This document shows positions 37,001 through 59,414 of a DNA stretch of 64,000 nt, piece after piece. The translations under genes were made by a program, and so were the position numbers. Each line of letters begins with the position of its first letter. The stretch's first letter is position 1. The stretch covers positions 22,324,848-22,388,847 of the forward strand of contig CM120643.1 of NCBI GenBank assembly GCA_051362555.1. The letters run 5' to 3'. The notes beneath the pieces were generated by a model. The model made no database searches, was not told the DNA's origin, and saw nothing but the letters and a program-made list of their open reading frames with translations. Source of the DNA: Lingula anatina. Its lineage: Eukaryota; Animalia; Brachiopoda.

Positions 37001-39539
37001 GAATTTTTCATTGTTTTACAGTAATGCAGGACGATTGCCCAAATTCAGTATTACAGCATCAGCGGATACAACATCCTGTCTGATAAACTCTATGACTGCT
37101 ACTTAATACCTGATTTCTGAAAGATAAGACTAAAGATATATGCACACCGATCATAGGAGAACTTGTAAATAAGAGAACGATAAATGACCATTAATTAGAT
37201 GTACTCAATGCAGTGCTGCTTGTACCAAATTTAACTGTAATATTACTTTGAATGATTACATCAAATATGATTCTACAAGAAATGTAAAATTTACATGGTC
37301 AACATATTGTATTTACCAACTTTTCATGTCATTGGGATACTTCAGCAAACAAACAAATAAATGATAAGTAGGACTGAAGTGTTTTAATCAGTACACGTAG
37401 TGACATACTGGAAAACCTAAACACATACATTCACTTTTCAGTCTGCCTTAGCAAAGTTGAAAGAAAAGATTTTGCATATTTTTTCTTAAAACAGTATTAT
37501 ACAGATATAATTCCATCACACTTTTTGCATTCACTTTTAGGTCACATTTAATTTATTGTCATGTACTACTACCATAACTCTCATGACATTTAAACATTGG
37601 CACAACTTGTTCCAAGTTCTTTCTTCTTTTGATCTGCTGCAGTTAATTATGTTACAAGTTACAACACAACTATGTGTTGGGATTAAATGTCACGTTTTCA
37701 TAGGATCAAAGTTTCTTTAATCTCCAGGAATTTTCTTCAGTGTGTGTAATGCAGGTTCTCTTCCATTTATAGAAACTTCAAGTAACTTCCCAACCATATA
37801 TGTATTGATGACAGGTCCACAGGGGGTTGGGGGGGGGGGTCTGATCAATAAGAAGGTTTGAGTGTACTACCCTTTTGAATGGAAAAGGTCTGCTCTGAAT
37901 CTTAATTTGAACTAGGTCCTATGCAATTTCTCAATTTGGTTCAACTAAGAGAGCAAAGAAGAGGGCCACTATTTTTTCAAAAAAGGAACCTTCTTTTAAC
38001 TTTTTGGCTACAGATATGGATGATAGCCTTATATTTATTAGTTTGATTGTTAATTTTTTTTTTTTTTTTTTTTTTTGGCTCTTAGTTTCTTCCATCAAAG
38101 TTTGTTTCTTCATTTGTTTTATACATGCTCTCTCTATTTTATGAACCTCACCTAAGAATCCTGTCCTGGGAAAATTGAAACTATGTAGTTTTTGAAACAC
38201 CCTGTACCCATGCATTCAATCACCTATTAACCTGGGTCTTTAACCTTTCAATATCAAATGTTAAAGAGGTGATTTAGTGCAGACACTTAATACTTAACCA
38301 CTTAATGTCAAGGACAGTTATCACAGCCACATAGGTTTGGGGAAAAGCTTTGACTGCAAAATGCAAAATATTTCTGTTTAACAGCTGAAGACAGAAGACT
38401 TTTCAAGACAGAGTAATCAGGAAATGAGCAAGTCTGAACTATGAAATTAATCTAAAAATCGATTATAAATTATGTTCTATTCAACAACCCCCCCCCCCCT
38501 TACTGTCAACTTAAACCACTGCTGCTTTCCATTTAGAGTTAAAGGTTTCTGAAACTAAGAAAGATTTATGTGAACCATATGGATTGTCACTGAGACATGC
38601 ATGCTAAGTCTTAACTCTAAAAGTTAAAGACCGGTTCAAACAACCTACCCAGCAAAAGCTTGTAAATATATAATTTCTACTAGCTTGCAGTAACAATAAA
38701 TCACAAAACCCAAATTTTTACAAGACTCTTTCAAAGTTGCCACCTCCTGTATTTTGTAAAAAAAAAATTACTTTTTTTATTGCTACTGTGCTCTTAAGAC
38801 ATGTTATGCCAGTATCTGTAAATCTATGGAATTTTTTTATATTTGCAATTATGCTGACAACCATGGCTGTGTTACAGTTAGTTCCCTTGTAGTATACTGA
38901 TCATTTAAAACAGGTGCTGCTGCCACATGCTTGTTACCAACTTGTTGCTTATGCCCAAAACAATTTCAGAGGGTTTTATAAAGAAGTATTTGAATAAGTA
39001 GTTTTTAAAGAAAATATACAAAGACTTAAGTGTAAATTCAGGAAGTTGTAAATACTAGAAAAAAAATGTGCCAAATTTGCTATTTATTCATCCCTTGTCT
39101 TCCATGAATAACAAACCACATATAAATTTCACCCTCAGCTCAAAATATCTGGAAAAAAGTAAAAATGAAGAAAACAAGACTTATTTAACATGCAGTAATA
39201 CATACCATCACATTTATCATAAATGTCTCCAATAGAGAGGTAGCCATTCTCCTCTACCCACTGTTCCCACAATTTGTAAGAGGAAACTGCTGGGTCATCT
39301 TCGTCTTCTTCTTCCCCTTCATCTTCATCATCTCCCCCATCCTCAACTTGAGGATGTTCACTTTTTAGAGCAGCTCTATGTAAAAACTTTCCCTGTGAAA
39401 CTGCAGCTTTGTTGTGTTGTTTCCTATTCCTTGACATAATGTCTTCAGGCGAGCCATGGTAAAAATATAGAAAGTACACTCCTAGCACTGCCGCGCAACA
39501 TATCAACGTGGCAATCACAGTCCTGCGAGTCACTGCCAT
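34067..39539 (-). CDS. ML-domain (NPC2/MD-2/PG-PI transfer protein-like) protein with N-terminal signal-anchor and acidic linker, 233 aa; exons 39539-39206, 36756-36661, 34754-34564, 34147-34067
   Basis: Four GT-AG exons with consistent phases (1,1,0); hydrophobic N-terminus; ML-like motifs WELC...FCPIKKGP...IPNYLPKGRY...ILVC. Confidence 0.8.
36154..36322. mobile_element. hAT-like MITE, 5-bp TSD (atgtg)
   Basis: TIR CAGGCCCGTAGCCAG; second copy in opposite orientation at 57527-57692. Confidence 0.9.
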
Positions 39540-39650
39540 AACTCAAATATATTTTTCAGCATTAAGAAATAGTCAGAAGTTTCATAAAGGTCACTATGAG
39601 AAACAATGCCTTCCTTAGCTGTTCAGCGCTACTGAAATCTAGTCCAGTGT

Positions 39651-39819
39651 CAGGGGCGGATCCAGAGATATTTTCTGACAGTCTTCCATACTATATTTGT
39701 TGATCCATCCTCCATTTTTTGACCGTCTTCTGACAGAAATATATAGATACCCGTCAGTGTAAACTTGAAAATCTGACCGTCTTCCGGAAGACCCAGAAGA
39801 CGGCCTAAATCCGCCCCTG
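39651..39819. mobile_element. hAT-like MITE, 5-bp TSD (agtgt)
   Basis: TIR CAGGGGCGGAT...ATCCGCCCCTG. Confidence 0.88.
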
Positions 39820-42800
39820 AGTGTACTGCTTAGTTATTTTTCCATATGCAGCTTCTACTTCTATTTCCTATTCCTTTAAGACTGTTTCTCCTCTGTTGCT
39901 GGTCAATGAGAACCCATATGGTCCTAGCTGGTAACTGGTTCTCAGAACTGCTTAGGCTGTTAACAGCAACACCTCCAAGATGTTTGTTGTATGTGGAAAC
40001 CAAATGGAGTGTCAGTTCTTTTTTTTTTTTGTGACAGAATGTTACTATTATTTACCATGCAGTGTATGCAGGAACTAGTTCAACCTTTTTTCCCTCAAAA
40101 AAATAATAATAATGTACCTCAGCTGTTTGCTGGTTTTCCACCAGCTTCATGGACTATAAAAGTAATTTTTCATACAAAGGTCCCATACTGCTTGATAAAA
40201 ACATTTCCACTAATACTTTTACCAATAAATCTAAAAATTCGCAGCTGCTGTAATATTGGAAAGTTTTTATGCAGAATGTGTTGTACCAAAATCAGTGGAT
40301 GTGATGCCAACTCTTCTGTCCATATTGTAGATCTCTATTCCGTGTTACTGTCCACAATGTAGGTCTCCTATAACTGTTTCAGTTGCCGGGACACCTAATA
40401 AGAGAATGTGTTCCATGCTAGGCTCAAGTTATAATACTTTGCCACCTGCTTCTCCCATGCAAGCAGCATAGGTGTGAGAAGGAATATTAATCTTGCTGGT
40501 CTAAAGTTTACAACATTTCAGTGTTACTTTCAATAAATCCCTGTTTACAAGGTATGTGCACTGAAATATAGGTCTATCCTCAGAGGGTCTAATGCTGACA
40601 GTAAGAAGGAAATAATAAGCCTAAAAATAACAACAGGGGGTTCCATGATTGGCACATTGCCCATGCACAGTAATGGTTCTGCTCTTTTATACAGCAAAGA
40701 ATAATATGTGTTACGGTGCAGTCAGGCATATCTCTTTAAAAACGGCAGTGGTTAACAAATCAAACTCAACAGACATAATAGTTTTTTACTTTTACCCATT
40801 ATTCTAGATGTTGTCATTTTTAAAATGGCATTAGAAGCCAACTTGAGACAGAAAGTAACTTGTATGGGGTTGGACTGTATTATACAGTTATTACCATCAT
40901 CCCTTTCCAACTTCCTTTTGATGTGATAACCAAGATATAGTGTTTACTGTCAGTACAAAAGAAATGAAAAAAGGGCCTTTTGTCCAACTTCAGATTAGCA
41001 AGTAAAATAAAGATGTTCTGGTGTTTTTAATCTTTTTTTTCTAATACTGGTGCCTCTGTTCACACTACTAGATTTCTTAGTAACCAATGTTTTAAACCAG
41101 CTGTTCACAGTCAAGGAAGACAGTACAAGAGGTCTACATGAACATTTGTAACATCTTAATAAAGTTCATTGTTATTTTGACTCACTGTTATTATGCTGTC
41201 AGAATATAGAAATTCAGCAGTGGATGTTTTTCAATGCATTTTTTGTCTTTAAAATAAAATGTATTAAATAGGTTTAAAGAAATATGTAAAGATAGCATTT
41301 TATTTAACTACTTATTTATTTATTTATTATAAGTAAGACCTTTTTTCTTCACCTATTTTAAGCAGTAGACTGATTGGTAACATGCTACTCTTAAACATGG
41401 GTATTAACTTTAAAATCTTAACTGGTGTGAGAAATCTGATGCTCAGCCCCTTTAAACTGTAATAAATCACGGCCTGCAATCTACCAGAGAAATTACCACT
41501 TCCTACAAAGTTCATACCGGTGGGAAGCAGAGAGCTTTCTACTCAAGATAAGGTAGGGTACAGAATTAAGTTAATGAACGACCCAAAGACACAGATGTTG
41601 GACAGGATATTTACTTCACTCTTACTTAATTAAACAGTTCTTGTTTTTTATTATTATTTTTTATTTTTTGTCTTAAATCTTTCTCATAAATATTTACACA
41701 GAGCTTTTTATTAGTTTTCTAACTTTTGTTTATCTCATTATATTTTTACATTTCTAAGGCATCTACATTTCTTTAAAGTTATTAATAAAATTATGACCCT
41801 GCTCACAAATTACATTTCACAGGAAGTCAAAATATATCAGTAGCTTATGTACATTTTAAGGGCTGAATACAGTGTTCAGCTTAGCTCCAATACTTGCCAA
41901 TTTGACTACATACAACACGAGGCTAAAATATAGGTCGACTTTAACACATTATTTGCTCAGATCATTTTTTTCACCGATTACAAATCAAAAGATCAAAACT
42001 GTTCCAATACTTCAACTTTTCATTATTGTAAGCAATATTTTTCTCATCTAAATTAAGATTTCTTCTAAATGCTGTAGAAATTCTCTGCTGGTTTGAGGCC
42101 CACAGGTACATGTACGGTACCAGTATGATGTATGCTTGAATATATATGCACTGGGTCGAACTCTTTAAATGATTAACTTGAAATCAAATATAGATCAGCT
42201 GTAACATCTTTGTGACTGATAAACTAAGAGCTGCCCTGGGAGGCGCACCGACTGCTTAACCAAGAGGCAGACTATCTCTGCACTCAGTGACCAATATATA
42301 ACAATCTTTTCATACAATTCAAACAGGTATGACAGCATCATATTTTTTGAAGAATAGATTTGTCATTTTTAGAACCTTGTTTATACTGGTAAAAATGCTG
42401 CAAAATTTACGTACAGCTGTGATTTATTAGCTGCAATTAAGCTGCAGATGGATTATTGGCCTACTGCTGGGATTTATCACTATCAGATTTAATTGATCAG
42501 CTGATGGTGTCACATTGCCCACGATCAGTCCAGCTTTAATCTTGTCTGAACACATAAGGTGAAAAATAGGTAAATTACAGTACAACAACAAGAGGGTAAA
42601 ACAGCATATTTATTAATGTTCACAATATAGGGAAATATAATTACATCAAAAACAAAGAAAAATTTCTGCTACTTTTTCTGAATCAGTCTGTTTTCAGATC
42701 CACAGTGCCAAACTTCCAAAAGAGTTGTATTAATAACAGACCAGCTGCTTTACATATGTCTGTCAATCAGTGTGTAATATTTCAAAAGAAAAAAAAAACT

Positions 42801-43280
42801 AATCAGAAACAAGGTTCAAGACCCTGGTTAAAGGGCACACAGTTGAATAAATTTGTGCAGCCTTTTTTATCTAAGCATCCATGACCAGACGAGATTTAAT
42901 GTCATCAATTGTTTTGTCAATATGAACACAACAGCATCACCTCTTAGATTTTAATAACCACAAGAGCTGACACAGGTTGTGAACTGCCTGACCTAGATAT
43001 GGATGTGAAGGGTTTCACGGAGTGCAATGTTAGGCGTCATCGTCAATTTGACACACTTTTATGAAAAATTACAGACATACATAGACTGCCTTAGATTTGA
43101 CCCCATAATTCAAAATCTTTTGGAAACCTTGTTCTACAAATTAGAATAAAAAGAACATGGTTGATCTGCAAACAGAAATTCTTCCCATTTCCATTTTCCT
43201 AGGGTTCAAGTTGGGGAAAGGCACTGAATGGAAACAATGAACATTTGATTCAGCAATCATTCAATGGATTCCTCAGAAGT

Positions 43281-44527
43281 TCAAATCTTTTTAGGAACAT
43301 TTGCGATGATTGGTTTGGGCCTAGTTTTAAACACCAACTTTTTCTTTATGACAGACTTCACCTCATAATCAATGTCATTGTGTTCTTTCTCATCCACTTT
43401 CTCCTCTACTGCATCAGAATCATTGAGCTGGGGTGCAGTCCTTGATATTACAATCAATGGTTTTTCCAATTTAACAACTTTTCCATAAAGAATGTGATGT
43501 CCTATAATGAGAACTGGCACTCCCTGTGAACAATTAAAATAACATTTCAAAAAATTCAATTAAAAACTGTGATTATTGATTTATTGGCATTGGTGACTTG
43601 CTTCTCTTTCATACAGTGTACCTATAATTATTAATTAAGTACAAATAACAACTGCTGGCTGGATCTTGGACCCAGTAGACTTATGCCAAATTCAAAATTA
43701 TTTTCCACTAATTTATAATGGACTTGGTGAATAACTTTTGTGGTAATTTGGTTCAATTAAAAAATTGCCGCAGAGTAAGGCAGAAAATGGATAACATGGT
43801 GGATTTTATCCACGTAATATTATACATTTATATAGCACAACATATTCCTTCATTTAAACCTGAAAGCACTGTAAAACAATCTTAAAACAGATTCTTCAGT
43901 AACTCAAAAAGAGACATTACAATGTTTTCCACTGAGATTATGAGTTGTCATTTTAATTGCTACATATGTTACTAACAACAATGTCATTCTTAAACAATAT
44001 ATTAGATTTGAGTACCTTTGTAGTAAAATGTAAATCCCCTATTAATTTTCCTTGTAAACTCTCTGCTTTTCTGGACTCCAAGTCTCCTTGCAACTCCACA
44101 ATTGCCCACTCAGGGCATGGATCTGGACTACCAGGGCTGAAACATGTAAAAATAATATAAATATGTAGAAATCAGTGGATAAAACACTAGTACTATACAT
44201 GTACTTACCAGTATGTACAGTAGAGCAAACTGCACAAGTTAAAAAATATTTAAAACATATTTTAATCCAAATTTTAATCCCTCATTTCAGATTCGCCCCT
44301 ACAGTCTGGGAAGGACCAAAATACACTGGATAACTTCGCTAATGGTCTTTATCTACACTGTGTATGTGGTAAATTAGCCTAGTCGTTAAAATGTTCTTCA
44401 GTACACAACTTAAAACGTAGATACGAATATTAACGCATGAAACTACGTGCTAAGGTTGATTCCAGATTGTAACATTGTGGCTGGTATAATAAACACGTAC
44501 TTACATTTGGATGTAAAGCTGCACCAT
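43281..44527 (-). CDS. CHTF8: Chromosome transmission fidelity protein 8 (Ctf18-RFC subunit), 128 aa; exons 44527-44505, 44136-44016, 43523-43281
   Basis: MVQLYIQI...[14 protein letters not shown]...[31 protein letters not shown]...[16 protein letters not shown]; canonical splice sites, phases 2 and 0. Confidence 0.95.
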
Positions 44528-45214
44528 AATTTGTTGTAACCAGTAACAGGAAAAAAATATTCAAAATATCCACATTGGTCTGAAAGACCTGAAAGCCTCC
44601 GATTTCCGCGCGAAATAATAATGGGTATCCGCTTGCATGCATGCTCCTCTATCCTACCTTTCAAGATAATCTCACTCCAAAGTTTACGCTGTTATTCTAA
44701 GTACGAAAGATAATTTTTTAAATTATTAAAATAGAAAAGCATAAATCTACGTTTTCTCAAGTATGCTATGTATCTTTATGAATATTTCTTAATGCGCCAA
44801 TCTATATGTTCGTTAAATATTGCGGCATAAGTGACTCCGCATTAATTCCCACATTACAAAAATCACAATTAAAAAGATTAAATAGATTTTGATATTATCA
44901 AACATTAATATATTAATAAATAAGAAATTCATTAGATGTTGCATATAGTGAAAAATATATTCATAAAATATGCTTACAGTTTTGAACAAAACTACAGTTT
45001 TAACTGAAGATTAAAAAATAAATCTGATATAATTAATTACAATCAGTGTAAAGTTGTATAATTAATTGTTAACTTGCTCTTAACTTGCATTGATTATCTG
45101 TAGAAATTATCCAATGAACCCCCTCTGTATGCAATTATCACACCGTTATGCACTAGTATATTTAACCTCTTTTGCACCTTTGCAATGCATTGCAAAATAC
45201 ATGTAAGTGTGATC

Positions 45215-45446
45215 CTAGGATCCCATTCCCATAGATTTGAGATCGATCTATCCCTGTGGGGAGTCTCACTAGATTACTGTCAGCTTAGCTGGCTTAAGCG
45301 TCTGTCCCGCCTACTAAAAGTTGTAAGGGGATAATTAACTATGGTGCGCGCTCGGCTGACTGCAATTTAGCTTGAACCCCCAGGGAGTTAGGTCGTTCTA
45401 AATCTAAATCTCTGGATCGATCTAAATCTCTGGGAATGCACCCTAA
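45215..45446. mobile_element. Old MITE (Harbinger-like TIR)
   Basis: Imperfect inverted repeats agg.t.cattccca.agattt.agatcgatc at both ends. Confidence 0.45.
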
Positions 45447-45839
45447 GATAGCCTTTAGAATAGGTTGTGCGCAAGTCCGTCGGTCGGACCAGACTTTCAG
45501 AAACAAGTAATTGACTTCCATATTGAAAGAAACAGACCGAAAAGATGATAAAATGAAACTACTGCTAAGTTGACATCGAAAACACTGCACATACCGAAAG
45601 TGCGGTTGTGTCATAGTGTATCATTATCGCGAGTATTTTAAACAATTAAAGGGGTCTTGCTGAGTAACTGGACCAGAGTCCATTTAAATATTATCTAAAA
45701 TGTTTTATTTAAGTATTAGATAAGATAAATTGGACCTCGGCTTTCAGAGTGAGGGTGTTTAAGATCATTTTCCTGGATGATATGTCCCATACAACCAACG
45801 TTTTTTTCATCAAATTTGGTGAAACGGGACTGTTGGCCA

Positions 45840-46545
45840 GCTTTGTGACATCACAGTTATATCCGTAGTTCCACCAAGGCACTGCAACTACTTACGGTCT
45901 AAATGGTTATGATGACGAACTTACGAGGTTGAGGAGATCGTCAGTTCTTCTCTTTTACATAATTGATTCATCTAATGATATGAAAATCCAAAATGCTTCG
46001 AAATCCAATGTAATTGATTATAGTCCATCCAAGTCTTTTTTCAATATTTTTGTACGTCACAGTTATAGCCTGTAGTGACAAAATAATGTTTTTTGACTGT
46101 TATTATAACGAATATCAGAGATATTGGAAGTAGCCAACTGTTCCATGTTTAGATTTTAAAAAGTTATTTTATGGCACGGAAGAAATAAAGACGTATTCAG
46201 ATTCAATTTGAATGGAATATACCACTCCCATTTCATAGTGATGAAAATAAAGGTGATAGCTAGAGATCATGGTAAAATAGTTCTAGTTGTTAGCAAGCTT
46301 TGTGACGTCACAGTTGCACCCAGTAGTAGCGCATGTCTGAAAAAATGTTCAAAGGATTTATAATAGCAGGTACGCGAGATGGCTGGGGTAACGAATTATT
46401 CTATTCAAAATAAATAATTGATTGCTTGATAAGCTTTTGTTTTTCAAGAAAGACATCTTGAAACGATACTTCAGATTTAGATTATTTTCCTTTTCAATAT
46501 TAGCGTGCGTGTGGTATTCTCGCACATTGTGACGTCACATTCATT
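45840..46545. promoter_or_regulatory. Array of four CRE-core motifs (TTGTGACGTCACAG consensus) at about 210-250 bp spacing
   Basis: Copies near 45843, 46050, 46300 and 46528; two contain the perfect palindrome TGTGACGTCACA. Confidence 0.55.
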
Positions 46546-46615
46546 CAACCGCAACCCAAACTTTGGACAGGTTGAGTACTAACAGAGAGTTTGTTTTATC
46601 AACTGCGATTTTAAA

Positions 46616-47359
46616 ATGAGCAACTTGAACGATTATATTTCTAAATATTTAGCTGAAAAGTAAGTACATAATTGTTTTTAAATATTCAGTTCAGCTTACC
46701 TTCTGTAAATATACAACATTAGGTCTAAATGCGCACTGAAAACCTTATCAACAACTTTGCAAGGGGCAATATTTGATAACATGTAAATAACATCAATATC
46801 ATCATTTTAAACATATGATCTGGTAGGTATAGTCTTTAATTTATCATTCAGTAGGGATAGGGTTGGAAGATCAAGATTCCCTGGCATCGTGGATGATCAA
46901 CGGAGAACACCTCCCACTATGCCTATGGTCACACGTGGTCCAGCTCTTCAGGGTTTACCATGTATTACCCCTTTGAATCACCACACTCACCGCCCTAGCA
47001 ATCCGCGCCCCCAACCACTACGGCCATTGGGTCACCCGGTCACTCCAGCGGACACCGAGGTGAGGCCACAGCGTGGATCTCACCGTCCTGAGGGCGCCCA
47101 GCGTTCCTTCAATGCAGGACACAGGGCGACCGCCATGCGCACTCTCGGGGAGCACTGTGACTTTTTTCGGGGGAGGAACGGTCAGCCAAGAGCGCTTCAT
47201 CAAGCACAGGGGTTTGTGAGCAGACATCCAGTTCCCCGCCAGGACCCATTTCTGAGCCTCCAGAGAGCGCCCAAAGCGCCTCCTCCCGCACTGGTGAAGA
47301 ATCTGCGTGCTAGCGCTGGAAAGACCAATTCTCACCACAGGACTCAGAGGAGGCCCTAG
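46616..47359 (+). CDS. Candidate orphan Pro/Arg-rich protein, 183 aa, two exons (46616-46659, 46852-47359)
   Basis: AAAATG start, AA|GTAAGT donor and TTCAG acceptor join in phase 2 to the GC-rich ORF; AATAAA near 47488. Confidence 0.6.
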
Positions 47360-49059
47360 ACACCCCTGTATGACATACCCTCTTTCAGGGCCACGGATTG
47401 ATTTTTTTACTGGATATTCACAGATATGTCTCTAGATAAACGATGGTAATTTTCTGCATAGTGTTAGAGTTACAGAAATGTACACATAATAAAATTTGCG
47501 CCCCTTGGTAGAGGATACGTATGACTTGGGTGCAACTGCATAGCCCTGGCAACGCCAGCTATTAAGATACAATAATGAGATGCCTAGGACACAAGGCATC
47601 ATGTTTGCTGTACATCAAAGTTAATAACATCAACTGCCAGCACGGCAGCAGCTAGAAGAAGGGTTTAAGGTAGTCCTTGCTATTTCTAATGTTGACATTG
47701 GAGTCGCCTAGGGCACCATTTGATTATATCAGCAGTTGTAAGAAAGCCCCAAGAGATAGGAGTAAACGTAAGGAAAAGCGTGGTCATGACATTTTTTTTT
47801 TCAAATAAACCCGACAAGAAAATGGCCCATTTTGATGAACACAATTTACTGGTAGTTGGCCTATATGGCATGGCGCCATATACTCAGTAGTACAGGGGTA
47901 GATATACCCGGTAAGCTACTGTCCTTGCTGATTCAACTTAATTCAAGTTGGATTTAACTGTAGTGAATTTTAAAAATATCCATTTGCTTAACATTTTTGC
48001 TTTGCATATTCGTTGTTATATTAACCTGAGCGACCGTTGTATATATAATGATTTTAGATTTCAAAGTTATCATTGAATGAAAAGAGTCTGTCGAAAATTA
48101 CTTGTCTAGAAGAAAGCAAAGGGATCATCGGCGGTTTAATTCGTCTCTTTGTGCGTTTGGTTATCATTTTATTCATACATTAATTCAAATGGTTTTATTT
48201 TAGAAGTGCTATTTTAAAAAGTATAATTTCTGTGCTATCTTGTATTGCCGTATGCCACACTTGGCAGTTTGTGTCTCAACTAGCGCAATCGACTTTTACT
48301 CAATAGCCAGCACAACTGTCGTCACCCCGTCACTCCTAACACAATTACCTGTTGGATTTTTATGAGCAGGTGAAAGCGATGCGATATTTAAAATATATTT
48401 TCCGAATATATCGATTCATTGATTGTCCAGTCTTTAATTTAACCAGCAGGCGAAACGATTACAGATAACAAAACCTGTGTTAGAGCACCGGATGACCTTA
48501 GACCGATTATTGCTGCTGAATTTAGTGAAATTATTACTAGGGGCATTTTCAATGGGCCTCAGAACGTCTTTGTCGCGTTTTAATACTGCAATAGGAACAA
48601 ACCCATCACTTAGGTTTGAGAAAAAAATATAGAATGATACTTTTACATTACAAGTTATAAAGTAAGTAACATAAAGACACTTTTAGTAAATAAACCAAAA
48701 TATTAAAACTTACATTTTCTTAAGTCATTTTTCTAGGCAAATGATATCAATCTTTTATTAAATTGGACATCAATGACACGAACCACTTTCCCAGGAAGAC
48801 CAAAAACTATTTTATTTTAAAATGAAAGGCAGTAATAAATGCATATAATTGTGCACCATAATACATGATAAATTTTTTGTCTTGAACACAAAAAATTCAA
48901 CTCCTGCATAGTTTTTAATATAATCTGTATAAAATCAACATAGACTCAATATTAATTTAGCCATCTACCTTGAGTGGAAGCATACAGCAGATTTCACTCT
49001 ACATGATTCAGGCCTTAATCTGTGATTGAAAGCAATCCTCTTAAGCTGTGTCCACATCC

Positions 49060-49275
49060 AAGTTGATCTGTGGACTAACTGATCTGTGGATCAAATATGG
49101 TGCACACTTGAAAGTACACCGCATAATTCCCTAATGAATTCTTGGCCTCTGTAGCATGCCGCCCCTATAAGGGCAGAGCAATTAACTCTTTAAATCATTA
49201 GGGGATTGCATGGCATGCTTGCTAGTGGGTCACACCATACTTGATCCGAGTATCAGTTAGTTCATGGATCAACAG
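49060..49275. mobile_element. Degenerate MITE with about 40-bp inverted repeats
   Basis: gttgatc..tg.actaactgat...ggatcaa.tatggtg at the left and its reverse complement at the right. Confidence 0.55.
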
Positions 49276-49853
49276 GTGCTTGTGGGAGAATGTTTCTCTA
49301 CAAACTATGTGAAACATATAAGGATACTATCACAAGTAATTAAATTGACTCTGACATACTAATATCATAATATTCCAATTTTCCAAATAATATGGCTAAA
49401 CATTTGCAATATATATGTAATGATGTATAAATTTCATTGTCAATATTCACATACAAAAATATACCCACCCTATATAAAAGTAAATTTCATAATAGCTTAA
49501 TTATTGCTGATTATTAGCACCATTTGATTAATTATTATCAAAATCACCTATATTCATCATGATACTATACAATGAAGGTAGAGCAAGTATACGAACAGTA
49601 TTTTTTTCAAGAAAAGTTGCATTTGGTATCTTTGTGTAAAGAAGTAAATAAGTCTGGTCCAACTTAGTTCTGATGTGAACAGACATTCCAACAAGGTCTA
49701 TAAATACTTGTCACTCTAACTGAGATGGGTTATACTGAGTTAGATTACTACAGGAAGCCATTCTAATGGCTCAGAGGTAGGCTTACCTCAATGACCCTGC
49801 CAGTGAATAGGGACTAGATCTGCTCTCGGTCGTGAGATCACCATAATTAGACT

Positions 49854-50025
49854 CTGGGGTAGCGATAACACTCGCCAATTTAGCCAAATGCTAAAACTTA
49901 CTTAAATTTGCTAAAGACAAAGGGCTTGATTTGGCATGTTTTAGTCAAATTATAACCATTTTGATAACAAATTGACAAAAAATGGTGATTTGGCTAACCA
50001 AAAGAAATTGATAGCGCTACCCCAG
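49854..50025. mobile_element. hAT-like MITE, 5-bp TSD (agact)
   Basis: TIR CTGGGGTAGCG...CGCTACCCCAG. Confidence 0.8.
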
Positions 50026-51108
50026 AGACTGCCTAGGCCTGCTAAATTGGACTGACCCAACTTGACTTGAAATACGACTTAAACCACCCTCAACAGACTC
50101 TTGACCAAGAAATACTTATATACTGGCATTTGATATTGAGCAGTTATCTCTAAGTTAAAATAATTTGACCCCTTATCCACTCATCTTGTAACCAATATAA
50201 ATGCAGACTTACTGACAATTATGGTATGAAAATCCATTAGTTTTAATGTTGATGGATTAGTGGTCATCATACCAGTAAATACAGTATGTATTCATACTGT
50301 TTTAAACAATCTACAGTATTATTCCATCATTCAATTTAATATGTGTTTATCTTTTAATTACATAAACCTACTTTCTGGCATATGATCAGCTTGCTAGAAC
50401 TTTCACACTCTTCATTACCAGCAAAATATAACTTAGGGCAAATGTAATCAATTTCGTTTTTTTCTTAAGTACTAACTGTACATACTTTAGCAGATCTAAG
50501 CCCAAGTTACAATGATTTGAAAGTCCCTGATTCTTAGATATCCACATTATCTAAATATGTAATCTACCAGTATAATCTTTTACAGAGTAGTATTATGGAG
50601 TATAGTACAAATTTACAAAATACTCAGTGCGCAAGTTCTGTTAAATGTGCTCGTGATGTATGTTTTTGATTAGAATGTATTTGCACTTATCATATACCTT
50701 GATTAAATACAGATAAAATAGAGAATAATACTTAAAAAGAAAACAAAAGTACTGACTAATTATCTCTTTTACAGGTAAACACAACAACTCCTCTTACCCT
50801 TAACATCAAATTACCATCTTATCATTAACAACAATGACAAACACTTACAAGTTAGGATAAAAAAGTCATTTTGCTGACCTTAAAGTACATTTTGATTTGT
50901 AATTAACACCTTTCAATCCTCAGATGCTATTTATGGAATTCAAAGTTTCTGAGCTGAACTCAAGTATTGCCTTAACACCTTGAGTACATTGGTTTTGGCA
51001 TCAATTACTTAATCTAATAAAGCAAAAATAAAGAAGCACTGCATAAAATATTTTGTGTTGAAAGTTGAAAATATATTTTGAGATACTTCCTTCAGCCAAA
51101 ATGCAGAC

Positions 51109-59414
<8,306 letters not shown>

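Noticed and set aside
42230-42840. tRNA/SINE-like pieces (ggttcaagacc B-box-like; gcgcctcccagggcagct)
   Set aside because: No cloverleaf or properly spaced A/B boxes; at most SINE debris.
45840-46545. CRISPR-like repeat-spacer array
   Set aside because: Eukaryotic context, degenerate repeats, ~200-bp spacers and no cas genes; better explained as CRE motifs or an eroded tandem repeat.
47018-47338. Minus-strand ORFs over the GC-rich block
   Set aside because: Shadows of the + strand ORF, which has splice and polyA support.
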